NCBI GenBank assembly: GCA_024405715.1
Contig: JAKSOG010000001.1
Span: forward strand, 1-55,161
Direction: 5' to 3'
DNA length: 55,161 nucleotides
From: Victivallaceae bacterium
Lineage (GTDB): Bacteria; Verrucomicrobiota; Lentisphaeria; Victivallales; Victivallaceae
Shown here: one piece after another, positions 1 to 8,907 of the stretch
Layout: each line of letters starts with the position of its first letter
Position numbering within the stretch: position 1 is the first letter of the stretch
Position numbers and translations under genes: made by a program
Notes under the pieces: generated by a model
What the model was told of the DNA's origin: nothing
Database searches by the model: none
Seen by the model: the letters and a program-made list of their open reading frames with translations, nothing else

Positions 1-472
1 TTTCCGCCCGGCTGAAGTAAAGCGCCCGATTCCCGGCGCCCATCACGACCTTGACGTTGTCGGGCGTCATATTCCCCCTTTTTCCGGGGACGGCGACCGT
101 CGCCATTTCACAGCCGGGGTCGCCGCGCATCAGATCGATCAGCGCGTCGATCACGCTGCTGGGCATCAGCGGTTCGTCGCCCTGCACGTTGACGACCAGA
201 TCGTACTCTTCCGGCAACGCCGCGACCGCCTCGGCGATGCGATCCGTCCCGGAGGGATGATCGCTTCGCGTCATCACCGCTTCGCCTCCGAAACCGCGGA
301 CGGCGTCGAAGATCCGGCGGTCGTCCGTGGCGACCAGCACCCGGTCCGCCTGCGAAGCGCTCGCGCGTTCCCAGACGTGCCGGATCATCGGTTTGCCGCC
401 GAGCACGGCAAGCGGCTTGCCGGGGAAACGGCTGCTGGCATAACGGGCGGGGATCACGATCACGCTTTTCAT
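1..472 (-). CDS. kdsB: CMP-KDO synthetase (3-deoxy-manno-octulosonate cytidylyltransferase), N-terminal ~157 codons; 3' end lies outside the window
   Basis: Own translation of the reverse strand from the ATG at 472-470 gives MKSVIVIPARYASSRFPGKPLAVLGGKPMIRHVWERA...VNVQGDEPLM, the KdsB nucleotidyltransferase signature. It is absent from the ORF track because it runs off the edge. The start overlaps the hldA stop by 4 nt. Confidence 0.85.
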   Translation of the reverse strand, partial: MKSVIVIPARYASSRFPGKPLAVLGGKPMIRHVWERASASQADRVLVATDDRRIFDAVRGFGGEAVMTRSDHPSGTDRIAEAVAALPEEYDLVVNVQGDEPLMPSSVIDALIDLMRGDPGCEMATVAVPGKRGNMTPDNVKVVMGAGNRALYFSRAE

Positions 473-1470
473 CGCAAATTCTCCATTTCAGCCCTCAATT
501 CTTCCGCGAAAATCGGGGCGGTCCCGACTTTCCCGACGACCACGCCGGCGGCGCGGTTCGCCAATTCAGCGGCGACACAGGGAGACGCCCCCGACGCCAA
601 CGCCAGCGTATAGACGGAAATCACCGTGTCGCCCGCGCCGGAAACGTCGTAAACTTCCCGCGCCCGGGTCGGGATCACGTCGACCCCGTTGTGGGAAAAC
701 AACGCCATTCCCTGCGACGCCAGCGAGATCAGCAACTGCTCCGGCGCCCATTTTTCGGCGATGACGGCGGCGACTTTTTTCAGATTTTCATCCGCTTCCG
801 GCGCTCCCGACGGGATCGTTTCGGCGATCTTCGCCAGAGCGAAAGCTTCGGAACGGTTGGGTTTCATCACCGTGATCCCGGGCACCGGCGCAAGCCGCCC
901 CGGTTTCGGGTCCAGCGCCGTGATGATCCCGTTTTCACGCGCGGCGGCGACGATTTCCGCAACCATTTCCGTCGAAAGCAACCCCTTGGCGTAATCCTCG
1001 AAGATCACCGCATCCACCGCGCGTTCGCGGATCTGCCGCAACAACGGCTCGATCACCGCCGCACGCACCTCCTCGCCGATCGGCGACGCATCTTCGTAAT
1101 CGACCCGCATCAACTGCTGATTGCCCGCGACGATACGCCGTTTTTCCGTCGTACAGCGCGCCGGCGTCCGAACCAGAAATGAAGTGTCGACGCCGAGTTT
1201 TTTCAATTCATCCTCCAGCAATCCGCCCGCCGCATCCGCGCCGCACGCGCCGAAAGCGACCGCACGCGCTCCGAGCGTGGCGATGTTGCGCATCACGTTG
1301 GCGGCGCCGCCGGGACACGTCGTGCGGCGGATGACGTTGACCACCGGAACCGGAGCTTCCGGAGAAATGCGCGTCACCTGCCCCCACAAATAAACGTCCA
1401 GCATCACATCCCCCAGCACGGCGATGCGGCATCGGGGAAACTTTTGGATCAAATCAAGCGCGGAAACCAT
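469..1470 (-). CDS. hldA: D-beta-D-heptose 7-phosphate kinase (RfaE domain I type, PfkB family, monofunctional)
   Basis: 333-aa ORF. N-terminus RIAVLGDVMLDVYLWGQVTRISPEAPVPVV and C-terminal DVSGAGDTV...ANRAAGVVVGKVGTA are PfkB/RfaE kinase motifs. No adenylyltransferase domain is present. Confidence 0.85.
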   Translation of the reverse strand: MVSALDLIQKFPRCRIAVLGDVMLDVYLWGQVTRISPEAPVPVVNVIRRTTCPGGAANVMRNIATLGARAVAFGACGADAAGGLLEDELKKLGVDTSFLVRTPARCTTEKRRIVAGNQQLMRVDYEDASPIGEEVRAAVIEPLLRQIRERAVDAVIFEDYAKGLLSTEMVAEIVAAARENGIITALDPKPGRLAPVPGITVMKPNRSEAFALAKIAETIPSGAPEADENLKKVAAVIAEKWAPEQLLISLASQGMALFSHNGVDVIPTRAREVYDVSGAGDTVISVYTLALASGASPCVAAELANRAAGVVVGKVGTAPIFAEELRAEMENLR

Positions 1471-1953
1471 TTATTTCTCCTTGTTAAGCAGAGAATTGAC
1501 GTATCTCGACGTATCCAGCCGGTACTCCCGGGAAACCGTTTTTTTCGTGGCGATGCGGTTGACAAACGTCGCCATTTGCTGAAACCGCGACGTCAAATCG
1601 GCGATTTCCGCGTCCGAAAGATATTGCTTTTCCCGGCGCAGATACCCCGCCCACAAATTGGCGTCCCACTGGATCAACCGCAATTCCGCCAGCGCCAGTT
1701 CGTCTTTTTCCCGTTTGGATACCGCTTCGATCCGGTAACGCAGTCCGTCCAGCGCCGCCGCCATCCGGTAACGGGCGACTTCCCGTGCCATCGTGTTTTC
1801 GCGCTGCAAATAAGCCGGGATGCAGATCGCCAACGCGACTTCAAAGAAAAGGATCAGAAAGAACGCCCCCATCGCCGTCAACGCGATGTAGTCCCGTTTG
1901 AATTCCGCGGAAAACGTCAACGTTTCCGCCTTGCGCCGTTTGAACGCCATCAT
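1471..1953 (-). CDS. Hypothetical membrane-anchored coiled-coil protein (160 aa)
   Basis: This is the in-frame C-terminal part of the 466-aa track ORF. The ATG at 1953 overlaps the upstream stop (ATGA). There is one hydrophobic segment (ALTAMGAFFLILFFEVALAICIPAY) followed by charged helical sequence. The rest of the long ORF is Arg/Gly-rich antisense noise. Confidence 0.6.
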   Translation of the reverse strand: MMAFKRRKAETLTFSAEFKRDYIALTAMGAFFLILFFEVALAICIPAYLQRENTMAREVARYRMAAALDGLRYRIEAVSKREKDELALAELRLIQWDANLWAGYLRREKQYLSDAEIADLTSRFQQMATFVNRIATKKTVSREYRLDTSRYVNSLLNKEK

Positions 1954-2615
1954 CGTTCCCTTTCCCAATCGACCACGGGCATTTTCCGCTTTTGCGCTTC
2001 CCGCAGCAACGCCGGAGACGGATTCACCGCCACGGCTTCGCCGACCGCCGCCAGAAGCGGCAGATCGTTGATGCTGTCTCCGTAAGCGCGGCAATCCCGC
2101 AACGTCGTCCCCGCGCCGGCGGCGATCTCCCGCGCCGCCGCGACCTTCCCTTCGCCGCAGGGGAAAACCCCCTTCAGGCGATCCGTCACGCGGCCGTCGC
2201 GCGTTTCGATTTCCGCTCCGTAAAGATGTCCGATCCCGAAATATTCCGCCACCGGAGTCGCCAAAAAGCGGCAGGTCGATGTCAAAATCCACAATTGCAT
2301 CCCCGCCCGACGGCATTTTTCCACTTCGTCGAACGCCGCTTTCCGGCAATGCGGCAGGATCTTTTCCGCAAAATTTTCCCGGCAGAGCGCTTCGACTTCC
2401 GCCACCGTGCGGCCCGCGAATTCCCTCCATTGGAAACGCAGAAAATCCCGCACCTCCAACGTACCGGCATCGTACTCCGCCATAAACCGGTCCGCTTCCG
2501 CCAACGCCGACGCATCGGCAAGGCCGCGCCCGACCGCAAATTGCTTCCACGCCCAATCGCTGTCGGTACCGATCAGCGTATGGTCCATATCGAAAATCGC
2601 GATCCGTATGCCCAT
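1950..2615 (-). CDS. HAD-superfamily hydrolase, subfamily IB (SerB-like phosphatase)
   Basis: 221 aa with the HAD motifs: I (IAIFDMDHTL), II (ILTST), and III/IV (K...GDSINDLPLL). Confidence 0.8.
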   Translation of the reverse strand: MGIRIAIFDMDHTLIGTDSDWAWKQFAVGRGLADASALAEADRFMAEYDAGTLEVRDFLRFQWREFAGRTVAEVEALCRENFAEKILPHCRKAAFDEVEKCRRAGMQLWILTSTCRFLATPVAEYFGIGHLYGAEIETRDGRVTDRLKGVFPCGEGKVAAAREIAAGAGTTLRDCRAYGDSINDLPLLAAVGEAVAVNPSPALLREAQKRKMPVVDWERER

Positions 2616-2635
2616 AAAACACTCCGTTCCCTTTT

Positions 2636-2664
2636 AATATACCCCTTATATACCCCTTATGCAA
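2636..2664 (-). promoter_or_regulatory. Sigma70-type promoter for the HAD-hldA-kdsB operon (TTGCAT-17-TATATT)
   Basis: The reverse strand reads cTTGCATaaggggtatataaggggTATATT. The -10 lies about 20 nt upstream of the ATG at 2615. The spacer consists of an 11-bp tandem duplication. Confidence 0.55.
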
Positions 2665-2686
2665 GAGCCGTTTCCCGTCCCGCGCC

Positions 2687-2715
2687 TTGAAAAATCTTCT
2701 CTCCGGCACTATGTT
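2687..2715 (+). promoter_or_regulatory. Sigma70-type promoter for tRNA-Pro (TTGAAA-17-TATGTT)
   Basis: Hexamers at 2687-2692 and 2710-2715 with a 17-nt spacer. The tRNA 5' end at 2731 is about 9 nt after the expected TSS. Confidence 0.6.
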
Positions 2716-2730
2716 AGGAAAAAATATCCG

Positions 2731-2806
2731 CGGGGCGTAGCGCAGTGGCGAGCGCGTCTGCTTTGGGAGCAGAAAGTCGCGGGTTCGAATCCCGCCGCCC
2801 CGACCA
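2731..2806 (+). tRNA. tRNA-Pro (anticodon UGG)
   Basis: Manual cloverleaf. Acceptor stem CGGGGCG/CGCCCCG, D stem GCGC/GCGC, and anticodon stem TCTGC/GCAGA with loop TT-TGG-GA. T arm GCGGG-TTCGAAT-CCCGC, discriminator A, and an encoded CCA. Length 76 nt. Confidence 0.93.
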
Positions 2807-2865
2807 TTCCCCTTGAAAAATGCTTCCCCGCTTCCGGCAACGGTGTGCGGGTGATGATGCTCCTG

Positions 2866-2894
2866 TTGCAAACATCGGTGATTTATGTTATTCT
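2866..2894 (+). promoter_or_regulatory. Sigma70-type promoter (TTGCAA-17-TATTCT) for the secreted CBM9-like protein
   Basis: Hexamers at 2866-2871 and 2889-2894 with a 17-nt spacer. The SD ggagaaag lies upstream of the ATG at 2921. Confidence 0.5.
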
Positions 2895-2920
2895 ATAAAA
2901 GCGGAGAAAGGGCGGATAAA

Positions 2921-5032
2921 ATGAAACGATCCATCGTCATATTGTCGTTGTTCGTGATGGTGTTGTGCCGGGCACAAGAGCGGTTGATGATCCGCGGCGG
3001 AGCCGGAGAAACGGGATGTTTTGCGGCGCCGGACGGGGAAATGGCGCGGATGACGCCGCACGTAAAACTGGCTTTTTCCGGTGAAGAGGTGAAAATCGAA
3101 GCGGAGATCCCGCATCCGGAAAAAGAATATCTTCTTGCGGGCAAAGCGGATGACGATGCGGCGATTTTCGGCGGAGAAGTATTGGAAATAATGCTTGCTC
3201 CGGCGCCGGAAACGGGAAAATATTATCACATCGGGGTAAATCCGGACGGGTATGCCTATACCGCGTGCAAGCGGGATAAGACGTGGGGGAAAAACGTCCG
3301 GATCCGTGCGGAAAAAAGCGCGGGATCGTGGCGGGCGGAAGTCGTGATCCCTTTCCGCGAAATGGAAGTTGCGCGTCCGCAAAGCGGCGGCGTTTGGCGG
3401 GGCAATTTCGGGGTCGCGCTGAAAGCGGGAAAGGCGTTGTTTCCCGTGAACTGGCAGGGCGCGACGAGTTTTCACGATATTTCGGAATTCGGGGAGATCG
3501 TTTTCGGCGGGGATGACTTTCCCGTGATGGATTCATGGCGTTGTGCAAATGACACGGTGGAAGCAGCGATATGGACTCCGGAAAAATTCACCCGTTCGTT
3601 TTGCCGGATCGGCGAAAGCGTTTTTGAAGGCAAAAAAGAAGGCGGCATCTTCCGCTTTGATTTCCCGCTGCCGGAATATGTCGGAACGCTGAAAAACCGT
3701 TTGGACTGCCGGTTTTTCGCAGTTGATGATTCCGGCGCGGAAGTCCTTGTACGCCAGGGGCTTGCACCGTTTGAAAAGCATGACCGCTTTGAATTGGATT
3801 CCTTTTACTGCCGGGCGGGCGACGGTTTTCTTTCCTATACACATCAGGCGGAGGGAAAGGCGGTTCTGGTCGTTTGGTGGCGGGGAGAAAAAGAAGTCTT
3901 TTCCTGCGTCGGGGCGCCGAAGTCGGGCAAGATCCCGTTGGCGGGCTTGGCACCGGGGCGTTATACGGTGGATTTGACGGCGGGGAAACGGCGGACGACG
4001 GCGTTGTTTTTCGTGGTGCCCGAAGATTTTGCGCCGCCGGAAATCGGAGAAAACGCGGTCTTGACGGCGCAGGACGGAATGCTTCGGCTCGACGGGAAGC
4101 CGCTTTTTCTTTTCGGCGGTTCGGAAGCGCCGAAGTTTCCGCTTCCGTTCGATGCGGCGTTCAATCTCGGCAACGGCAAAGATGCGTTTCAGCGCAACGC
4201 AATACGGTTCACGCCGCAGCCGGGGATCAAACGGAGCGCGGTTTATCCGGACGCCGGACGCATCGTCGGAGATCTCGTCCCGCAGATCGCCGAAGCGTAT
4301 GCGAAAAATCCCGACCACAAAAGAAAATTCGCGCGTCTTGCTTACGAGGGGCAGCTCCCGCTTCGGGTCCGCACGGCGGAAGGCAAAACCGGAATGCTCG
4401 ATCCCGCGGCGGTATTCTGCGATTTATACGAAACTCTCAAAACCCGTTTCCCCGAAAGGTATTATTCCATTCACGTCGATCATCTCGATCTGGTGCCGCG
4501 TTATCGGAAAGCCTGCGACATTTTGGAACTGACTTCCTGGCGCAGTACGTTTTCCGCGTATCCGGCGCGTTTTCTCGCTTCGGACATGCGCCGCGCGAAA
4601 GAACTGGCGGGCAAAAAGCCGGTGCTTTTCTGGTTCGGCGCCTCGCTGCCGTCGGTCGAATTACGTCCGGCGGAAATTCTGCGTTTCGCCGTTTATACGG
4701 CGATGCTGGAAAGAGTGAACGGGATCGTCTTTCACCTCGGTCACGGCGGTGTCCCGCGCGAAAAGGGCCGGATCTGGTCGCTGCTTTCGGGGATCAACGC
4801 CGAAACGCAGGCGATTTACCCGGCGCTGGCGGGCGGGCGCGACATACCGGATTTCGTCAGGACTCCGGCGCCGGACTTCCGGCTGGCGGCACGGGAATTC
4901 GGCGGCGCGATCTACTTTGTCGCCGTCAATCTGAGCGAGGAGGAAAAAGTTCTCGCCGTCGAAACGCGAAGCGGCGCGGTGCGGGAAAGATTCGCGCCGC
5001 TGGAAGTGAAAGTCCGCGTCTTTACGCCGTAA
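2921..5032 (+). CDS. Secreted protein with an N-terminal CBM9/DOMON-like carbohydrate-binding domain and a large uncharacterised C-terminal region
   Basis: The start was moved to MKRSIVILSLFVMVLCRAQE (signal peptide, SD upstream). The segment VLEIMLAP...YYHIGVNPDGYAY...WRAEVVIPF...WRGNFG resembles family-9 carbohydrate-binding modules. I do not recognise the remainder. Confidence 0.6.
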   Translation: MKRSIVILSLFVMVLCRAQERLMIRGGAGETGCFAAPDGEMARMTPHVKLAFSGEEVKIEAEIPHPEKEYLLAGKADDDAAIFGGEVLEIMLAPAPETGKYYHIGVNPDGYAYTACKRDKTWGKNVRIRAEKSAGSWRAEVVIPFREMEVARPQSGGVWRGNFGVALKAGKALFPVNWQGATSFHDISEFGEIVFGGDDFPVMDSWRCANDTVEAAIWTPEKFTRSFCRIGESVFEGKKEGGIFRFDFPLPEYVGTLKNRLDCRFFAVDDSGAEVLVRQGLAPFEKHDRFELDSFYCRAGDGFLSYTHQAEGKAVLVVWWRGEKEVFSCVGAPKSGKIPLAGLAPGRYTVDLTAGKRRTTALFFVVPEDFAPPEIGENAVLTAQDGMLRLDGKPLFLFGGSEAPKFPLPFDAAFNLGNGKDAFQRNAIRFTPQPGIKRSAVYPDAGRIVGDLVPQIAEAYAKNPDHKRKFARLAYEGQLPLRVRTAEGKTGMLDPAAVFCDLYETLKTRFPERYYSIHVDHLDLVPRYRKACDILELTSWRSTFSAYPARFLASDMRRAKELAGKKPVLFWFGASLPSVELRPAEILRFAVYTAMLERVNGIVFHLGHGGVPREKGRIWSLLSGINAETQAIYPALAGGRDIPDFVRTPAPDFRLAAREFGGAIYFVAVNLSEEEKVLAVETRSGAVRERFAPLEVKVRVFTP

Positions 5033-5040
5033 CGGGAAAG

Positions 5041-6669
5041 TTATTTTTCCCGGAGCTTGCGGAGCGTGTACTGCACGGGCGACGGCTTTTCCTGCGATGC
5101 GGGAAGAGCCGCCATTTCCTCGATGCTTTCAAACAGCGCGCGCCAGGCGTATTCGTAATCGACCTTTCCGAGATCGGAGATCAGCCGGATCGCGCGGTCG
5201 ATCAGTTTTTTGTTGGAAACATTGACCCAGCTCATCCAGTTTCCGGCGACGCGCCCGAATTTCACCATCGTTCCGGTCGAAATGGTGTTGAGGACAAGTT
5301 TCACCGCCAGATGATCCATCAGATGAAGCGGCGTATCGTCGCATCCCGAAGATATTTCAATTTCGCGTTTCACGGCCGGCGCGGCGCGGCGGAGTTGATC
5401 GTTGCCCGGCGCGCGGTCGACCGTTACCAGCACGGCGGCATCGGCTTCGCGTTGAAAACGCTGTTGGCACGCTTCTTTCCCGACGAGCATTTCAAAGAGG
5501 TTTTCGCGGCCGATTTTCGGCGGATCGGCGATGATGGACTCCGGCGCGTTCATCGCGCGGTAATCGGCGGAAGTCCATTCCAGACAGCGCGGCGGACGGT
5601 GCAGCGTTCTTTCCCATATCGCGGGGGCGTTCGCCGTCGGATTTTTGACGAAAGCCCACGGTTCGGGGGAGTCGGGCATCGAAGAGAGTTTGAAAGGCGG
5701 AAGCATGAACGTCGGCGTGCGTTCCGCGGTGTCGGTGAAAAGATCGAGCAGATAAGCGTCGGCGAAATAGGTGATGCGTCCTTTTCCGCGGTACGTTTCC
5801 GTTTCGAAATCGATTTGATCGGCGATGCGCTTGACGGAAGCGTCGCTTTCGAGATGATCGAGAAGTTTTTCAAATTCGGCGGCAAAATCCTTTTCCGGCA
5901 GATCGGACCGGCGGGCGACGAGCGTTTCGAGAAATGCGCCCGCGATGAGTTCTTCGGACGTGGTCGCCTGCATGCGCGTCGAGCCCGCGAGCGCCATCGG
6001 ACCGCAGGAAAGATCGAGGATCGTCACGCGCGGATCGTCGATGACCTCGCGGCACCGGGCCAGATGCTTCCGCAAAAGTTCCGCCGGATTGTTGAACATC
6101 AGAAAGACGCGGCATCCGCGGTCGGCGGCTTCTTTGACCGTGCCGATGACGGAACTGGTCTCACCGCCCTCGGTGATCGCCAGAAGCATATCGTGCGCTC
6201 CCATCCCGGCGTCGGCGACCTGGCGGCGGCCGAAACTTTGATAGTCCTCGAAAAATTCGACGGCGCGCCCCAGCGCGAAGTCGCCTCCCGTCATAATGCT
6301 TTCCGTCGAAGCGGCGTCGAAGCGCGGATCTTTTTCGGCATATTCGCGAAGCATCGCTTCAAGAAGGATACTCAATCGTCCCGTCGCGCCGCATCCGGAA
6401 AAAACGATGCGGCCTTTTTCGTCGAGCGTTTTCATTCCGGCGTCGACAAGGTTTGAAAACGCCGCGCTTTTGAAGACGCGGCGTGCCATCTCCAACACGG
6501 CACGGTCGGGCGACTGAAGTGTGCGCACGCCCTTTTCGGTGTCGCACAAAAAGTCGGACTCCATATTTTTCGTCAACGGGTGGGATTGCTCCGTCGGCAG
6601 AAATCCGAGATGAAATTCTTTTTCCTCACGCAAAAAACGTTCGGCATTGCGGTCGCTGATTTCGCTCAT
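5041..6669 (-). CDS. Double-SIS-domain protein of the MurQ etherase / glucokinase-regulator (GCKR) family
   Basis: The start at MSEISDR (6669) overlaps the upstream stop (ATGA). LPTEQSHPLTKNM and FSGCGATGRL...AITEGGETSSV match MurQ/GCKR-type SIS motifs. At about 542 aa it is nearly twice the MurQ length. Confidence 0.65.
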   Translation of the reverse strand: MSEISDRNAERFLREEKEFHLGFLPTEQSHPLTKNMESDFLCDTEKGVRTLQSPDRAVLEMARRVFKSAAFSNLVDAGMKTLDEKGRIVFSGCGATGRLSILLEAMLREYAEKDPRFDAASTESIMTGGDFALGRAVEFFEDYQSFGRRQVADAGMGAHDMLLAITEGGETSSVIGTVKEAADRGCRVFLMFNNPAELLRKHLARCREVIDDPRVTILDLSCGPMALAGSTRMQATTSEELIAGAFLETLVARRSDLPEKDFAAEFEKLLDHLESDASVKRIADQIDFETETYRGKGRITYFADAYLLDLFTDTAERTPTFMLPPFKLSSMPDSPEPWAFVKNPTANAPAIWERTLHRPPRCLEWTSADYRAMNAPESIIADPPKIGRENLFEMLVGKEACQQRFQREADAAVLVTVDRAPGNDQLRRAAPAVKREIEISSGCDDTPLHLMDHLAVKLVLNTISTGTMVKFGRVAGNWMSWVNVSNKKLIDRAIRLISDLGKVDYEYAWRALFESIEEMAALPASQEKPSPVQYTLRKLREK

Positions 6670-7394
6670 CGGGAAATAACTCCTTTTCCGTTTCGGGAAT
6701 ACCACGCCCGGGTGTCGGCAAGATTTTTTTCAAACGGCGTCGCGGGAGATTTTCCGGTCGCCAGAGCGCAAAGCGTTTCCCACAGCCGCGGCAGCGATTC
6801 GTGATATTCGTCGGCGATGCGGACCGTGCCGGAAGTCCGCGGATCGAGCACCCGGTCGATGATTGCGTCGACAAGCGTTTCAACGTAGATAAGATCGAGC
6901 ATGACATCGTCGATCTTTTCGGGGACTTTCCCGGCGGCGCTCAAAAAACAGAAAGTGGAAACAACGGAATTGTAAAAAACTTTCCCGCCCGGACCGAACG
7001 TGTTGGGCATCAAGAGGATCGCCGAATCTTTCCCGCTGTTTTCAAAAAGGCGCGCGAGGTCGCGTTTGGAGCGGTGATACTCCGTATCGCGGCCGATGTG
7101 GGTCGTCGAAGCAAGAAAAAGTTTCGGTTTCGCGCCGGGGATCGAGCGCGCGCACGCGACGAGTTTTTCGCCGAGTCCGAGATTAACGCGGTAAAGGAAA
7201 TCGCCGTCTTCGTGGCGGCTCAATCCGGCGAAATGCACGATCGCGTCGCAACGGGCCGTTTTGCCGTATAGCCGTGCGGTATCGGCGAAATCTTCGCGGC
7301 CGATCACGACGCAGGGGACGTTTCGCGCGGCGAGCCGGCGCACAAGATGCGATCCGATAAATCCGGACGCCCCGGTAACTCCGCAGACCGTCAT
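6666..7394 (-). CDS. Short NAD(P)-dependent epimerase/dehydratase-like SDR (242 aa)
   Basis: Rossmann motif VTGASGFIGSHLV and a YHRSK catalytic dyad. The ATG at 7394 overlaps the ribF stop (ATGA). Confidence 0.7.
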   Translation of the reverse strand: MTVCGVTGASGFIGSHLVRRLAARNVPCVVIGREDFADTARLYGKTARCDAIVHFAGLSRHEDGDFLYRVNLGLGEKLVACARSIPGAKPKLFLASTTHIGRDTEYHRSKRDLARLFENSGKDSAILLMPNTFGPGGKVFYNSVVSTFCFLSAAGKVPEKIDDVMLDLIYVETLVDAIIDRVLDPRTSGTVRIADEYHESLPRLWETLCALATGKSPATPFEKNLADTRAWYSRNGKGVISR

Positions 7395-8317
7395 TCTTTT
7401 TCCCTCCGGCAAAATTCAAGATCGGCGGCGATCTGCCGCTTCAATCCGGCGACGGAAGAAAACTTTTTTTCTTCCCGGACGAAACGGAGCAATTCCAAAT
7501 GCAACTTTTCGCCGTATGCATCACCCCGGAAACCGATGAGATGCGCTTCGATGCGGCGGGGACGTCCGTCAAACGTGGGGGCGACGCCGATATTGATCGC
7601 CGCCGGATACGCTTCCCCGGAAGCGAAGACCGCGCGTCCGCAATAAACGCCGTCGGGCGGCAAAACGCCCGCCTGAAGTTCAATGTTGACCGTCGGCGCG
7701 TCGAGCAGATCCGTCGCATCGCCGAAACCGTGGACGACGACGCCGTAAAGCGCCGCCGGACGGCCGAGCATCCGACGGGCGTCGGCAAGATTTCCCGCGC
7801 CGATCGCGTCGCGGATGCGGCTGGCGCTGATGATCTCCCCGCGGAACGTTTCTTCCTCGACGGCGACGCTTTCGACGCCGAGTCCGGAAAAAACTTCCGC
7901 CAAAGCCCGGGCGTCGCCGGATGCTTTCGCTCCGAAACGCCACCGGCGTCCGACGACGACACCCGCGAGCCGAAAATCTTTTTCCCGGGTCAGCGTCCGG
8001 CAAAAAGTTTCCGGCGCCATCGTCGCAAATTCCCGCGTGAAGTCGATCATTCCGACCGCGTCGCAACCGGCTTCCCGCAGTTGCGCGATCCGCGCTTCCC
8101 GCGTCAGCAAAAGCAACGGCGGCGCGCCGAAAAGCACTTCCCGCGGATGAGGGAAAAATGTGACCGCTCCGACCGCAGCGCCAAGCTTCCGCGCCAAAGC
8201 CGCCGCGGCACCGACGATCTGCCGGTGGCCAAGATGCACCGCGTCGAAAACGCCGAGCGCCAGCACCATCGGATGGCGCCCGGAGGGAATGTCCGTCAAA
8301 AACCGTACCATCGTCAA
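7391..8317 (-). CDS. ribF: Bifunctional riboflavin kinase / FAD synthetase
   Basis: 308 aa with LALGVFDAVHLGHRQI (nucleotidyltransferase HxGH motif) and a C-terminal riboflavin kinase region (PTFDG...EAHLIGF.GDAYGE). Confidence 0.9.
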   Translation of the reverse strand: MTMVRFLTDIPSGRHPMVLALGVFDAVHLGHRQIVGAAAALARKLGAAVGAVTFFPHPREVLFGAPPLLLLTREARIAQLREAGCDAVGMIDFTREFATMAPETFCRTLTREKDFRLAGVVVGRRWRFGAKASGDARALAEVFSGLGVESVAVEEETFRGEIISASRIRDAIGAGNLADARRMLGRPAALYGVVVHGFGDATDLLDAPTVNIELQAGVLPPDGVYCGRAVFASGEAYPAAINIGVAPTFDGRPRRIEAHLIGFRGDAYGEKLHLELLRFVREEKKFSSVAGLKRQIAADLEFCRREKE

Positions 8318-8319
8318 AA

Positions 8320-8348
8320 TTGCATTTTATCCGAAAAGAGCATATAGT
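8320..8348 (+). promoter_or_regulatory. Sigma70-type promoter for coaD (TTGCAT-17-TATAGT)
   Basis: Hexamers at 8320-8325 and 8343-8348 with a 17-nt spacer. It lies back-to-back with, and nearly overlaps, the ribF promoter. Confidence 0.55.
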
Positions 8349-8352
8349 ATAT

Positions 8353-8381
8353 AAAATATCTTTCTTTTATCGACAAGTCAA
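8353..8381 (-). promoter_or_regulatory. Sigma70-type promoter for ribF (TTGACT-17-TATTTT)
   Basis: The reverse strand reads gaTTGACTtgtcgataaaagaaagaTATTTT. The -10 is about 35 nt upstream of the ribF ATG at 8317. Confidence 0.55.
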
Positions 8382-8402
8382 TCGCGGGAGTTCTCCGACA
8401 CT

Positions 8403-8885
8403 ATGAAAACCGTTATTTATCCCGGTTCTTTCGATCCCTTCACCAACGGGCACCTTGACCTGATCCAGCGCGCCTGCCGCCTTTTCGACCGCGTCATCGT
8501 CGCCGTCGCCGTCAATTCCGGTAAAAATCCGCTCTTCACGCTCGAGGAGCGACGGCGGCTCATCGAAGAAAGCTGCCGCTCCGTTTCCGGTCAGGTGGAA
8601 GTCATCGCCACCGAAGGACTGATCGTCAACACGCTCAAACAGTACAACGCCCAGGCATTGTTGCGCGGATTGCGCGCTTTTTCCGATTACGAATACGAAC
8701 TTCAAATGGCGCTGATGAACCGGCGTCTGCTCGCCGGATGCGAAACGATCTTTATGACTCCGACGTTGAAAAATTCCTTCGTTTCGTCGACGCTCATCAA
8801 GGAAGTCGCTTTCCATGGCGGGGATTTTTCCATCTACGTCCCCGGGCCCGTCGAAAAAGCCATACGCGCCAAGTTTCAGAATTGA
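8403..8885 (+). CDS. coaD: Phosphopantetheine adenylyltransferase
   Basis: 160 aa. MKTVIYPGSFDPFTNGHLDLIQRA is the canonical CoaD N-terminus. Confidence 0.93.
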   Translation: MKTVIYPGSFDPFTNGHLDLIQRACRLFDRVIVAVAVNSGKNPLFTLEERRRLIEESCRSVSGQVEVIATEGLIVNTLKQYNAQALLRGLRAFSDYEYELQMALMNRRLLAGCETIFMTPTLKNSFVSSTLIKEVAFHGGDFSIYVPGPVEKAIRAKFQN

Positions 8886-8907
8886 TTCCGGCGCACCGGA
8901 CGACGCT

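Noticed and set aside
1954-2871. Upstream 306 codons of the 466-aa minus-strand ORF 1471-2871
   Set aside because: It is Arg/Gly/Pro-rich low-information sequence. It runs antisense or overlapping to the well-supported HAD gene and through the tRNA-Pro gene. Only the last 160 codons (1471-1953) have a coupled start and a plausible composition.
2731-5032. Genomic-island insertion at tRNA-Pro (and likewise at tRNA-Glu/Val, 28903-29059)
   Set aside because: I found no integrase, no direct repeat of the tRNA 3' end, and no compositional break. The neighbouring genes have their own host-type promoters.
3874-6456. 860-aa plus-strand ORF
   Set aside because: It is out of frame over the secreted-protein gene and antisense to the SIS gene. 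Its composition is dominated by R/G/A, which is the typical long spurious ORF of GC-rich DNA.
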